The notes below the pieces were generated by a model that saw only the letters and a list, made by a program, of their open reading frames with translations, did not search any database and was not told the DNA's origin. Source: a virus. Taken from it: 64,000 nucleotides of DNA. Position 1 is the stretch's first letter, and the number at the start of each line of letters is the position of its first letter. This document shows positions 23,883-32,460 of this stretch, piece after piece. The translations under genes and the position numbers were made by a program. Where the stretch lies: IMG/VR virus record IMGVR_UViG_3300045988_174353, positions 12,580 to 76,579 of that record. One strand, 5' to 3'.

Positions 23883-24362
23883 TTATAAGTCGTGTAATAA
23901 TTCGGGAAATTCAAACCTGTTCCCGATAACCTCTATATTGTCCATTATATCGTCGTCAAGCCTACGTAAGTTGTGCCTTTGTCCGAAAACGCCGACCATT
24001 CTTCTATTTACCTTATTGTGAGTCCACTCTATGCCGAAAACACCGCACTTAAATTGAACGTCGCCGACACCTAGTATTTTGTCGTTTACGAAATCGGCGA
24101 CAACATCACCCTCAAATATCGGATAACCCCGCTTATCTTTCAGCCCTGTGAACTGCCCGACGCTTTCTTTTTTGACTTCGTGCATAACGACCGACCTTGA
24201 CAGCACACCGTCTACTTGAAAAGCGTTTGCTCGCGGGTGAATATAATATTTGTCTTTGCTTACGATTAGGTCGCCGATCACCCAACCGCCATTAAATGCC
24301 CAAACGCCGTCATAAATTTTACCGTCTACCCGCTTTCCGCGATATAAATTCTTATCGTTCAT
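23883..24362 (-). CDS. YopX family protein
   Basis: LYRGKRVDG...YYIHP......VKKESVGQFTGLKDKRGYPIFEGDVV....IEVIGNRFEFPELL. This is the canonical YopX pattern. Confidence 0.75.
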   Translation of the reverse strand: MNDKNLYRGKRVDGKIYDGVWAFNGGWVIGDLIVSKDKYYIHPRANAFQVDGVLSRSVVMHEVKKESVGQFTGLKDKRGYPIFEGDVVADFVNDKILGVGDVQFKCGVFGIEWTHNKVNRRMVGVFGQRHNLRRLDDDIMDNIEVIGNRFEFPELLHDL

Positions 24363-24371
24363 AAGTACCTC

Positions 24372-24773
24372 TTATTTTTCTAAAAGTTCGGGATTGTCGT
24401 AAATATTGCCGATTACTTCGACATCAATATACTCTCCAAACTCGTAATCAGTTCCACAACTGCTTAACCCGAATTTCGCTTTACCTTCTGTATAATAAAC
24501 TTCTTTATTTACATACCCATATTCTAATGAAAGACATTTTACAATGTCGCCCTCAAATATCTTTTTACCGTTTTTATCTGTCAAACCCGTATACTGCCCG
24601 ACTGTTTCAGATTTTACCTCGTGTAAAACGATTAACCTTGATAATACACCGTCAACTTGAAACGAATTTCCTTGCGGGTGAATATAATATTTATTTTTGC
24701 TTACAATTAAATCCCCAAAAGTCCATTCGTCGTTATCTACTCGCTTGCCTCTAAATAAAATTTCTTTATTCAT
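24372..24773 (-). CDS. YopX family protein (tandem paralogue)
   Basis: ATG 24773 (MNKEILFRGKRVDNDEW..), with VKSETVGQYTGLTDKNGKKIFEGDIV...VEVIGNIYDNPELL. Confidence 0.75.
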   Translation of the reverse strand: MNKEILFRGKRVDNDEWTFGDLIVSKNKYYIHPQGNSFQVDGVLSRLIVLHEVKSETVGQYTGLTDKNGKKIFEGDIVKCLSLEYGYVNKEVYYTEGKAKFGLSSCGTDYEFGEYIDVEVIGNIYDNPELLEK

Positions 24774-25197
24774 TTTTACTCCCTTGCCCATTCGACCCAT
24801 CTTTGAACTCTATTCCGTATTTGCCTCTTAAATAGTCAATAGTAGGCATAAAGAAGAATTTCGGTAAATTCATTTTCGGAATATTTTCTCTTGCCCAATC
24901 AAGAAGAATTTCGGGCAAATCCATTGACAGCATACAATATGTAACGATTTTATTTAACTTTTGGGCTGTATCGGAATCTATGCCGTCCTCGTTTCTCACA
25001 TCGATTTTTACGGGAATCCACGACCTTGCATAGTCCAATTGTTTCTGAATTTTTCCCGCTTTAATTGCCGCGAGTTCGGGTATCATTCGCAGTCCAAGGT
25101 CTTCAAAATTGTTTTCGACGAACCATTTTTTGATAATTTCGATATCTTCGTAATGAAATAGTTTATTTTCTTCGATTAGTTGTTTTAATGATGTCAT
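24766..25197 (-). CDS. hypothetical protein
   Basis: 143-aa ORF. Confidence 0.6.
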   Translation of the reverse strand: MTSLKQLIEENKLFHYEDIEIIKKWFVENNFEDLGLRMIPELAAIKAGKIQKQLDYARSWIPVKIDVRNEDGIDSDTAQKLNKIVTYCMLSMDLPEILLDWARENIPKMNLPKFFFMPTIDYLRGKYGIEFKDGSNGQGSKNE

Positions 25198-25472
25198 TTT
25201 ACATTTCTCCTAATATTACAGAGCATTTGGCGGAATATTTCGTTATTTATTTCGCAGTATAACTTAATCAATATCCACGCCATAAATTCTCCGAGCAAAG
25301 TCAAATACCATAAATCTTGCCAGTTAAATATATGGAATCCGCCGAAAAATTCGCCATATCTTTCGAGTTGCAATCTGATTTGATATATAAAAGCCCAAAT
25401 CGGACCAGCCAGACTCGCAATAGCAAAGACGATTCCCGAAACGAGAAGAACTATGTGCCAGCGTTTATTCAT
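25194..25472 (-). CDS. small membrane protein
   Basis: ATG 25472 (MNKRWHIVLLVSGIVFAIASLAGPIWAFIY..). The track start 25559 has no support. Confidence 0.55.
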   Translation of the reverse strand: MNKRWHIVLLVSGIVFAIASLAGPIWAFIYQIRLQLERYGEFFGGFHIFNWQDLWYLTLLGEFMAWILIKLYCEINNEIFRQMLCNIRRNVK

Positions 25473-25574
25473 ATTGAGGAATCTCCGTCCATGCAATAAC
25501 CTTGCCTTCCATGTGAGTGAAGTCCAAACTCCAAAACTGCGACGGGTGATAAGTCCCAAGAGTATAAAACTGGC

Positions 25575-25922
25575 TCATTCTTGCACCCTGACAGAAACAT
25601 AATACTTCTTGTCCGATTTTGGGGAACTCACCGTCTTCTGTTTTGCGCCATATAAAATCGAACTTGCCCGTTTCGACTCGTTGCAGTTTATTGTATACGT
25701 CGCGATAACATTCGACAGCAAGGGAAAATATTTCGCCTTTTCGGTCTTCAACTGTTGCTCAAAGTCTGCTACGAGATTGTCTTGTGGATATAGTCCCGAA
25801 ACCAATTTCGCCGCCAAAATCTCTGCTTCTTTTTTGTTTAATCGAACCGTACCGAATCCGTTAGAATTAGGCAGGTCCGTATCGCATATAATTTTTGCTA
25901 TGTGATTAGTCATTAAGTCCAT
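25575..25922 (-). CDS. hypothetical protein
   Basis: 115-aa ORF. Confidence 0.55.
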   Translation of the reverse strand: MDLMTNHIAKIICDTDLPNSNGFGTVRLNKKEAEILAAKLVSGLYPQDNLVADFEQQLKTEKAKYFPLLSNVIATYTINCNESKRASSILYGAKQKTVSSPKSDKKYYVSVRVQE

Positions 25923-26298
25923 TTTCGATTTCCTTCAAAAAATCTTTTATTGTTACAAGTATATTCTTTTTAGTAAATTTATCTTCATCGTTGTAATAGG
26001 CAAAAGCCTCTTCAATCTTAAATGCAAGTTTTTCGGCTCCTTGAACTTGTAACGACTTTAAGTCTTCCTTGCGGCAATGTTCAAATTCATCTGCCATAAA
26101 TTGTCCGAAAATACAGTCCAAATCAACCTCATAAACCGCATCCTCGTCGATTCTATCATAGTTTTCGTGTGCTTTCTTGATTAAAATGTCGTGCAATTTC
26201 CAGAACTTTTGAGCGTATACCGATTCATCTTTTATGATTCGCCTTATCTCGTTCTCTGACATTTCTGTATTCCTCCAACATTCTGTTCCAGTTTTCAT
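25906..26298 (-). CDS. hypothetical protein
   Basis: 130-aa ORF with an AAGGAG RBS. Confidence 0.6.
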   Translation of the reverse strand: MKTGTECWRNTEMSENEIRRIIKDESVYAQKFWKLHDILIKKAHENYDRIDEDAVYEVDLDCIFGQFMADEFEHCRKEDLKSLQVQGAEKLAFKIEEAFAYYNDEDKFTKKNILVTIKDFLKEIENGLND

Positions 26299-26317
26299 TT
26301 ATCATATCTTCTCCTTG

Positions 26318-26449
26318 TCAATAATCGTCTGAAATCGGGCAATGATATGATATGGCATTGTATTGCAACCTTATACCTTTGTATTCGGTTGTAGTGAGAA
26401 CTTCGACAGTGTTGACCTCGTGCGTTCCCATACAACTCAAACACAACAT
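26318..26449 (-). CDS. possible small protein (43 aa, below ORF-track cutoff)
   Basis: MLCLSCMGTHEVNTVEVLTTTEYKGIRLQYNAISYHCPISDDY*. It fills a 170-nt gap, but the RBS is weak. Confidence 0.35.
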   Translation of the reverse strand: MLCLSCMGTHEVNTVEVLTTTEYKGIRLQYNAISYHCPISDDY

Positions 26450-26468
26450 TTTATTCTTTTTAACAATC

Positions 26469-26711
26469 TCACTTTTCATTTTCAAGTTCCCTTGCTATCT
26501 CATCTATTTTTTCTGCCATAACTGACGGTATGATTTCGTCAAATTCTTGATAGAAAGCCAGTTTGACGCGGTCTGCAAATTTTTTAATTATTATAGACTG
26601 TTTCGTTCCGACCTTTTTACAACTTTCTTTCCCTGTCGGGATGCAGAACTCTCTGTCAGTGCCAGCGTGTTCGCATCCCCTTATACAGTTCTTGCAGTTA
26701 TCGTGTCTCAT
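26469..26711 (-). CDS. hypothetical Cys-rich protein
   Basis: 80-aa ORF. Confidence 0.55.
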   Translation of the reverse strand: MRHDNCKNCIRGCEHAGTDREFCIPTGKESCKKVGTKQSIIIKKFADRVKLAFYQEFDEIIPSVMAEKIDEIARELENEK

Positions 26712-27145
26712 TTTTCTATTTCAACACCGTAATATTCTGCCAAAGACAAAATATCGTCGGGGTCAATGCTGCCTTTACATTCTTCGCAATCGTTGTCGTA
26801 CGGGTCAACCAGTTCGAAGCATTTATCGTACATATCCTGTAAAACTTCCTGCGCGACGACTTTCTTTGCCTTTTCATATTCTTCTTTTCTCATTTGGTCT
26901 TTCAAATCCGCTTCGAGTTGAAGATACGACGGAGCCTGACCGAGAAAAATTATCGATTGAGCCAATTCGGTTCCCGACGTCACCCAAAGTGCGCCTTGCG
27001 GAATTTGACAGTAATTTTCGGCTACGAGTTTTTCCGCAATAAGTCGTCTTTGATTATCTGTCAAAAACTTTTTCTTTCCGTTGAAAGTCGCGGGAATAAA
27101 TCTTGTCATGTTTTTGATTTCTTGCTGTTTAATTTCGTTATTCAT
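26708..27145 (-). CDS. hypothetical protein
   Basis: ATG 27145 (MNNEIKQQEIK..) follows an AGAGAGG RBS, about 30 nt downstream of the -10 box. The track start 27190 lies upstream of the predicted transcription start. Confidence 0.65.
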   Translation of the reverse strand: MNNEIKQQEIKNMTRFIPATFNGKKKFLTDNQRRLIAEKLVAENYCQIPQGALWVTSGTELAQSIIFLGQAPSYLQLEADLKDQMRKEEYEKAKKVVAQEVLQDMYDKCFELVDPYDNDCEECKGSIDPDDILSLAEYYGVEIEK

Positions 27146-27175
27146 AAGTTTACCTCTCTTTGATTTGGTGCCTTG

Positions 27176-27204
27176 ATTGTAACATAACAAAAAAATATTG
27201 TCAA
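27176..27204 (-). promoter_or_regulatory. sigma-70/sigma-A type promoter
   Basis: Minus strand reads AAAACGC-TTGACA (27204-27199), 17-nt spacer, TACAAT (27181-27176). Confidence 0.75.
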
Positions 27205-27244
27205 GCGTTTTGTTGACAATATTTTAATTTTTTTTAAGATTTTT
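27191..27244. repeat. 54-bp conserved intergenic cassette, copy 1 (palindrome = terminator/operator overlapping the -35 box)
   Basis: 51 of 54 nt identical to 37938-37991. Contains the perfect inverted repeat ATATTGTCAA (27195-27204) / TTGACAATAT (27213-22), flanked by A- and T-runs. Confidence 0.85.
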
Positions 27245-27587
27245 CTATTTCGTTTTGATTTTCTTCGGATTTGCCTTGCTTTTTGCTTTTTATTTTATTG
27301 AAAATCGCTTTAATTCCTGCCGTACAGCCAAGGCAAATCAATAAAAATGGCGTTCCTGGCAGTTGCCAAAAGACAAAACAAGCCGTTCCGAAACTCGTTA
27401 ATGTAATTCCTGTCGGAGTTTTCATCCCGACGCAAAACGCTATGATATACGGCACCCACACTTCACTACTCAACACGACGAAGACTATTGCGAATATAAG
27501 AAAAGTGTGCCAATCTTTGCAGTTCTGAACAATCCACTTGAACGGTTTGAGCATTAACTCCCAAACCTTTTTGAAAAATTTCTTCAT
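27234..27587 (-). CDS. membrane protein (about 3 TM) downstream of terL
   Basis: ATG 27587 (MKKFFKKVWELMLKPF..) with three hydrophobic segments. Confidence 0.6.
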   Translation of the reverse strand: MKKFFKKVWELMLKPFKWIVQNCKDWHTFLIFAIVFVVLSSEVWVPYIIAFCVGMKTPTGITLTSFGTACFVFWQLPGTPFLLICLGCTAGIKAIFNKIKSKKQGKSEENQNEIEKS

Positions 27588-27629
27588 AACACGCAAAGTA
27601 TAGCACACTTTTTTGTATAACGCAAACGA

Positions 27630-29186
27630 TTAATGCAATTTGAACGACCGCCAACGCTTTAATTGACCGATAATCGGCTGAAAACCATATTCGGTAGCAG
27701 TCAATATATGGTCGTCGACATCGGCTCTTGCTTCGCCTTTCTTGCCTCTACGCGCGTTTTTAATTTCGCGGATAAGGTTTTTGCACTGGTCGCAAACAAG
27801 GAACGACGAATAAGCCATCATTAAACGCCAAAAGTCAATACGGGACTGAATGCTGATTTTCGTTGACGGCATAAACCGTAAATTGAAAAATCCCCATTCG
27901 CGGGCTTTCATTTCGAGTACTGCTCTGGCACCGACATCGGCAGAATCGACATAGACGTTAATCTGTCCGTTCATTAGCAAAGTCCCGCCGCCGCTGTATT
28001 TTTTCATCCATTCGGAGATATATTGCATAAGTCGGTCGGCTTGTGCGGGCAATCCGAGATTTTCGCGGTCGTCCGTATTGCAAGAGTTGTCTGCCGCATT
28101 GTTGCTGTGATAATATTCGTCGATGACAACCATTTTTTCAAGGTCGGACGTTACGGCGCAAAGCGACATAGTCGTAGCCGCGCGGATTTTTCTGTTTGGG
28201 TCTTCGCCTTTATTGACTTTTACTTTTTTACCTTCGCCGTCGGATAAGCCTATATCTATACCGATTGCAAAATCGTAGAAATTCATAACGGGCTTGCCGT
28301 AATTATCCTTGCCGACAAACGACGATAAGGGCAAAACCAAAGAATCGTTAAACTCGTCGTAAACGCTCGAACCTGTATTGCCGAACATTCCCAAAAATTC
28401 AACCTGATAGATTTTCGGCGATTTCCGCTTCATTTCCTGTGCGGATAAATCGTAATCTGCCGCCCTGAACTCATTGATTTTATAGGTTGATTTGTGAAGA
28501 TATAGTCCCCTGCCGTACGGTCCGATAAATTGCGGGTCGTAATAATCGACGTAATGCGTTTCGGGTCGGTCTAATAATTCGTAATCGTCGTCTAATCTGC
28601 CTTTGAAAAATTCTTCGTTAAGCCAAGATTCTCCGTCCCAAGCATTGAAACACATTGTTATCTGAAAGAATAAATCACCAGGCAGTTTACCACGGATTGA
28701 ACCGTCAAGTTTACGAAAGTCTTCGAATGTCGGAATCTCGAACGCTTCGTCGATGTAAGCGTCGGTAAAATAGCCGTGTGCGAACGTGATACCGTTTAAG
28801 GAAGTCGGGTTGTTAAGCCCACGAAAGATTATCTGTTGCCCCGTCGGTATATATTCGATTGTCAACGGATTCTTTGATATCTTAAAACTGTTTTCCAGAC
28901 CGAGGTCGATAATTCGTCCCGTAATGTTTTCAAACGTCGATTGACGGTTATCGCTATCGTTTTGACGAGCGATTAGAATATTTCGTCGCGAATCTGACAG
29001 AATTTTCATAATCGGCTCGCAACCGATTATATTATATGATTTTTTCGTAGAACGTGCGCCGCAGAACAGTCTGTAACGGACTCGACAATTTGTAAACCAA
29101 GCGTCGGTATAACCTTCGCCGATAAGCCGAGACAGCAGTAAATGTCTGTAACCGCGGTCGTCTACGCTGAATATTTCATCCCTCAT
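27630..29186 (-). CDS. terL: terminase large subunit (PBSX/Terminase_3-like)
   Basis: 518 aa. Walker A-like CGARSTKKS, Walker B AYIDEAFE, and a C-terminal RNaseH-like nuclease with acidic residues (IGIDIGLSDG, VYVDSADVG). Confidence 0.85.
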   Translation of the reverse strand: MRDEIFSVDDRGYRHLLLSRLIGEGYTDAWFTNCRVRYRLFCGARSTKKSYNIIGCEPIMKILSDSRRNILIARQNDSDNRQSTFENITGRIIDLGLENSFKISKNPLTIEYIPTGQQIIFRGLNNPTSLNGITFAHGYFTDAYIDEAFEIPTFEDFRKLDGSIRGKLPGDLFFQITMCFNAWDGESWLNEEFFKGRLDDDYELLDRPETHYVDYYDPQFIGPYGRGLYLHKSTYKINEFRAADYDLSAQEMKRKSPKIYQVEFLGMFGNTGSSVYDEFNDSLVLPLSSFVGKDNYGKPVMNFYDFAIGIDIGLSDGEGKKVKVNKGEDPNRKIRAATTMSLCAVTSDLEKMVVIDEYYHSNNAADNSCNTDDRENLGLPAQADRLMQYISEWMKKYSGGGTLLMNGQINVYVDSADVGARAVLEMKAREWGFFNLRFMPSTKISIQSRIDFWRLMMAYSSFLVCDQCKNLIREIKNARRGKKGEARADVDDHILTATEYGFQPIIGQLKRWRSFKLH

Positions 29187-29643
29187 TATTTTCGACCTCG
29201 ACTTCTTCGATTAAATTGCGTTCTTTCAACAATGCAATCTCTTCGGGGAAGTATTTGTCGAGTAAATCTTTATTGTAGTAAATCGAAGTGTCGCTCATAT
29301 CTAACGACGAAAATCCGACCCACCTATCGCCTTTGAGTTCGATTAGAATTTGCCAATTCGAAATCATTTCGGTAAATTTCGGTGTGAGTTTCAAATTACC
29401 GCCTTTATCGTATCTCAAATCAAATCTTTCTCTGAACACTTTTCTGTTTGGTTTGTAAATCTTATCACGCCATTCGGGGTTGCCATAGAACTGTTTTATT
29501 TTATATTGCGGGAGTTCGTGTTCTAAACCGAGTTCGTAAACTTTTACGACGGTATAATCTGCGGTCGGTATTATATCATAACCGATTTCGCCGAACGTAT
29601 TGTTGTCTGCTTCGTCTTTTACTTTATAAATTTTATCTGCCAT
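29176..29643 (-). CDS. hypothetical protein immediately upstream of terL
   Basis: 155-aa ORF overlapping the terL start by 11 nt. No TerS motif recognised. Confidence 0.6.
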   Translation of the reverse strand: MADKIYKVKDEADNNTFGEIGYDIIPTADYTVVKVYELGLEHELPQYKIKQFYGNPEWRDKIYKPNRKVFRERFDLRYDKGGNLKLTPKFTEMISNWQILIELKGDRWVGFSSLDMSDTSIYYNKDLLDKYFPEEIALLKERNLIEEVEVENNEG

Positions 29644-29653
29644 AAGTAACTCC

Positions 29654-32077
29654 TTAAAATCTTGTTTTTAACGCTCTGCGTCTTGCGTCGTACGCCTTAA
29701 TGCAGTATGGAATATCCATATCTACATAATCGTAGACTATCGGTTGTTTTTTGTTTTCCATATATCGTTCGATTCGCCCGACCGACTGAACAATCATTGC
29801 CTTTTCTTTTATCGGTGTTGCCAAATGCAAAGTATCGAGTTCTTTAATAGAAACGCCTTCTTTAAGTAACGAATAAGTAGCCACAAGACATTGCCAGTCA
29901 ACTTTGCCCGTCAATATTTCGTTTCTGCGTTTCGCCGTTACCGCACCCGTACATAAAACGGCTTTTACACCGCGTTCGAGCAACTTCTCGACAATAACCT
30001 TGCAATGCTCGACGCGAAGTGCCAGCACGACCTGTTTTCTGCCATCTAAATCGCATTTTACGACATTATCGATAATCTTATCGGTTCGGTCGTTGTCGTC
30101 CGATAAAGCGGTGATTAAATCGTTATAAATAATCATTCCCGAACTGTCGTAAATGTCGAGCATATTTTCCACATTGTCGTAACCGTTTTGCAATTCAACT
30201 TTCTCGTGAACTGCCTGAATTGTTTTAACCAATGAGCGGTCAACTTTATACGTCGGTGCAAATTCGCCTTTATTATCTGCTCCGATATAAGCATACATTG
30301 CCCGTATCATTCCTGCGTCGGAACGCGACGGAGTAGCCGTCAATCCGATTTTAATTCGAGCGGGAATATTTGATAAAACCTTACCGAACATTTGTAATTT
30401 AGACGGGAACGAGCATACATGAGCGCATTCGTCACAAATAATAACGTCAAATTCGTTTTTATACAGTGCTGGGTCTATTCGAGAAAGTGTCTGAACGGTC
30501 GAAATTGTAACGTCCTCGCCGATTTCGAGTTTGCCTTCGGTCGTTAAACCGATTTTAATCGACGGATAGAGTTCTTCCATATCTCGCTTTGCCTGACGCA
30601 ACAAATCGCCCGTCATACACAACCAAAGGGCTTTACGACCTATTCTGTGTATTGTTTCTATTCCCATTCGAGTATTGTGAGTAATAATAAAATGGTCGGT
30701 TACATACAATTCATCTTTTGCGTCAACTGTTATGCATCTACTTATAATAGGAGCAACTTCATTAACTGATATAATTTTTCTATATGCGGTCTTGTATTTC
30801 TTTCTTTTAATATATTTACTTAAATGTTTTTCACTTGTAAATGGAACAAATAAATATAACTTAAATTCTATTCTATAATTTAATTTGCTATATCTAATTT
30901 CTCCTTTATACAAATGAGATGTTATCCTTGGGTTTATTTTCCCAGTGCCGCCTAAACTCTCTACAATTTCCAAAAAATCATTCGCTAATTGTAAAGATGA
31001 GGTACTATAAGAATAAGTCCCATTATAAATTGTTCCGTCAGTGTCAAATAAGCCTTGTAAAACAGCAAGTCGAACTTCAATAGAATTATACTTATAATCA
31101 TTAGGAATATATTTCTTTTCAAAAGTACATCCGTTTAAGCCCATTTTTCTTATATGATTAAGAATTTCACCGCCAACAAATGAAAAAGAATATTTATCTC
31201 GTTGATTTAGTTTATCTGTTGTTAATGATTTAACTTTCAAAATGATGTCTTTTTCAGTTGCAGACAATGTTACTTCTTTTTTCTTAAGACTCCCATCCCC
31301 TAATAACACTCCCAATAACCACGGATTTATAGTGACAGGTTTAGGATTAAATTGTACGGGTTGAACTATAGGTATATACAATTCTTTACTCTTTTTGTCT
31401 ATGGAATTATAATATTCATATAGTTCCGTTGCGGTTTTTATTTGAAAACCTCTTTCGTAAGACCTTGCTTCCTGACTTTGAACCGCCCATAAATGGTCTT
31501 TATCACAGATAATTTCGGTTTTGTCAGTAAACGTTAATTTGTATGCAGGGACTTCGCCTTTATCGAAAATTCCTGTAACGGTTGTTTCTTTACCGTCCGA
31601 GCCGATAACTTTATCTCCGATTACTAAATCGCCATTTCTTTTCCAGCCGTCAGGCGTATAGATTTTGGCATCCAAGGGCAGTCCTTTCCCTGCCCCGCAA
31701 GGAGCAACCAAAACGCCGCCTTTTGCCGCGATAATCGCCTTAACAGCCGTTTCCTGATAATCGTATAACGGCGATGTCGGTTTACAATCTTTTATGCTGA
31801 TTTCGCCCGCATTATTAAATCCCGTATCAAACGGAGAGTCCTTGATGAATCTCCACACAGACTTTAACAACCCGAACGGAAGAATCAATCTGTTCCCTTT
31901 TTGAGCGTATAAATACAGTTTTTCGGGGATATGTTGCCATTTTATAAGCCGTTCCTTCCCCATAAGCATTAACTGTTTGTATTCAGGATTGTCTAAAATC
32001 AGTCGAGATTTCGCCCAATCGAGAATTTCCCGCGACGGGTCGGTTATTTCTATTTGACTTCCGATAAAGGTTTGCAT
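29654..32077 (-). CDS. SF2 DEAH-box helicase interrupted by an intein
   Basis: The extein reads ..VLVAPCGAGK | TRMGIETIHR.., which restores Walker A GAGKT. It also has DECAH (motif II), LTATPSRSD (motif III) and a C-terminal QSVGRIER (motif VI). Confidence 0.85.
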   Translation of the reverse strand: MQTFIGSQIEITDPSREILDWAKSRLILDNPEYKQLMLMGKERLIKWQHIPEKLYLYAQKGNRLILPFGLLKSVWRFIKDSPFDTGFNNAGEISIKDCKPTSPLYDYQETAVKAIIAAKGGVLVAPCGAGKGLPLDAKIYTPDGWKRNGDLVIGDKVIGSDGKETTVTGIFDKGEVPAYKLTFTDKTEIICDKDHLWAVQSQEARSYERGFQIKTATELYEYYNSIDKKSKELYIPIVQPVQFNPKPVTINPWLLGVLLGDGSLKKKEVTLSATEKDIILKVKSLTTDKLNQRDKYSFSFVGGEILNHIRKMGLNGCTFEKKYIPNDYKYNSIEVRLAVLQGLFDTDGTIYNGTYSYSTSSLQLANDFLEIVESLGGTGKINPRITSHLYKGEIRYSKLNYRIEFKLYLFVPFTSEKHLSKYIKRKKYKTAYRKIISVNEVAPIISRCITVDAKDELYVTDHFIITHNTRMGIETIHRIGRKALWLCMTGDLLRQAKRDMEELYPSIKIGLTTEGKLEIGEDVTISTVQTLSRIDPALYKNEFDVIICDECAHVCSFPSKLQMFGKVLSNIPARIKIGLTATPSRSDAGMIRAMYAYIGADNKGEFAPTYKVDRSLVKTIQAVHEKVELQNGYDNVENMLDIYDSSGMIIYNDLITALSDDNDRTDKIIDNVVKCDLDGRKQVVLALRVEHCKVIVEKLLERGVKAVLCTGAVTAKRRNEILTGKVDWQCLVATYSLLKEGVSIKELDTLHLATPIKEKAMIVQSVGRIERYMENKKQPIVYDYVDMDIPYCIKAYDARRRALKTRF
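30674..31684 (-). mobile_element. intein (337 aa, residues 132-468) with LAGLIDADG homing endonuclease; class-3-like signature
   Basis: Starts GLPLDAKIYTPDGW (no Cys/Ser/Thr at position 1) and ends ..DHFIITHN|T. Block B is DKDHLW, block F is SRCITVD. Two LAGLIDADG motifs (LLGVLLGDGSL and LAVLQGLFDTDGTIY). The insert is visibly more AT-rich than the flanking extein. Confidence 0.8.
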
Positions 32078-32460
32078 ATCAATTCTCTCATATTAACCGA
32101 CTTATTGCCCGCCTTTTCAAGCCCTTTATACATTCGGTACGGCATATAATAAAGTCGGTCGGGATTTCTATCCCAATAAATGAAGAATCCGACGTTTGCC
32201 ATATTTGCTCTTTCCGTCGCAATCTTCATCGCTGTTTTTTGGTTCGGCTCAATCCGTTCGAACGAAAACGACGCTTTATTTTGCTCTAAATGTTTTGCGT
32301 CGACAAACCAAGTTTCCTTATCTTTGCTTGCTATAATGTCGAACGGTTGTCCGCCTATTTTTTTAGGTAAAATATATACCCAAAATCCTAACGATTGAAA
32401 ATAATCCGCGATAATCTGTTCGGTTTCGTTTCCAACCTTTAATTGCTTTGATTTTATCAT
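32050..32460 (-). CDS. PD-(D/E)XK nuclease, Hjc-type Holliday junction resolvase-like
   Basis: 136 aa with GNETEQ..., FDIIAS and VDAKH, giving the E...D...(D/E)xK arrangement. Sits in the replication module. Confidence 0.55.
   Translation of the reverse strand: MIKSKQLKVGNETEQIIADYFQSLGFWVYILPKKIGGQPFDIIASKDKETWFVDAKHLEQNKASFSFERIEPNQKTAMKIATERANMANVGFFIYWDRNPDRLYYMPYRMYKGLEKAGNKSVNMRELICKPLSEVK

Noticed and set aside
29176-29643. Terminase small subunit, by its position upstream of terL
   Set aside because: I could recognise no HTH or oligomerisation pattern of any TerS family in the sequence. It is left as hypothetical. 6292..6873 carries a weak TerS-like pattern instead.
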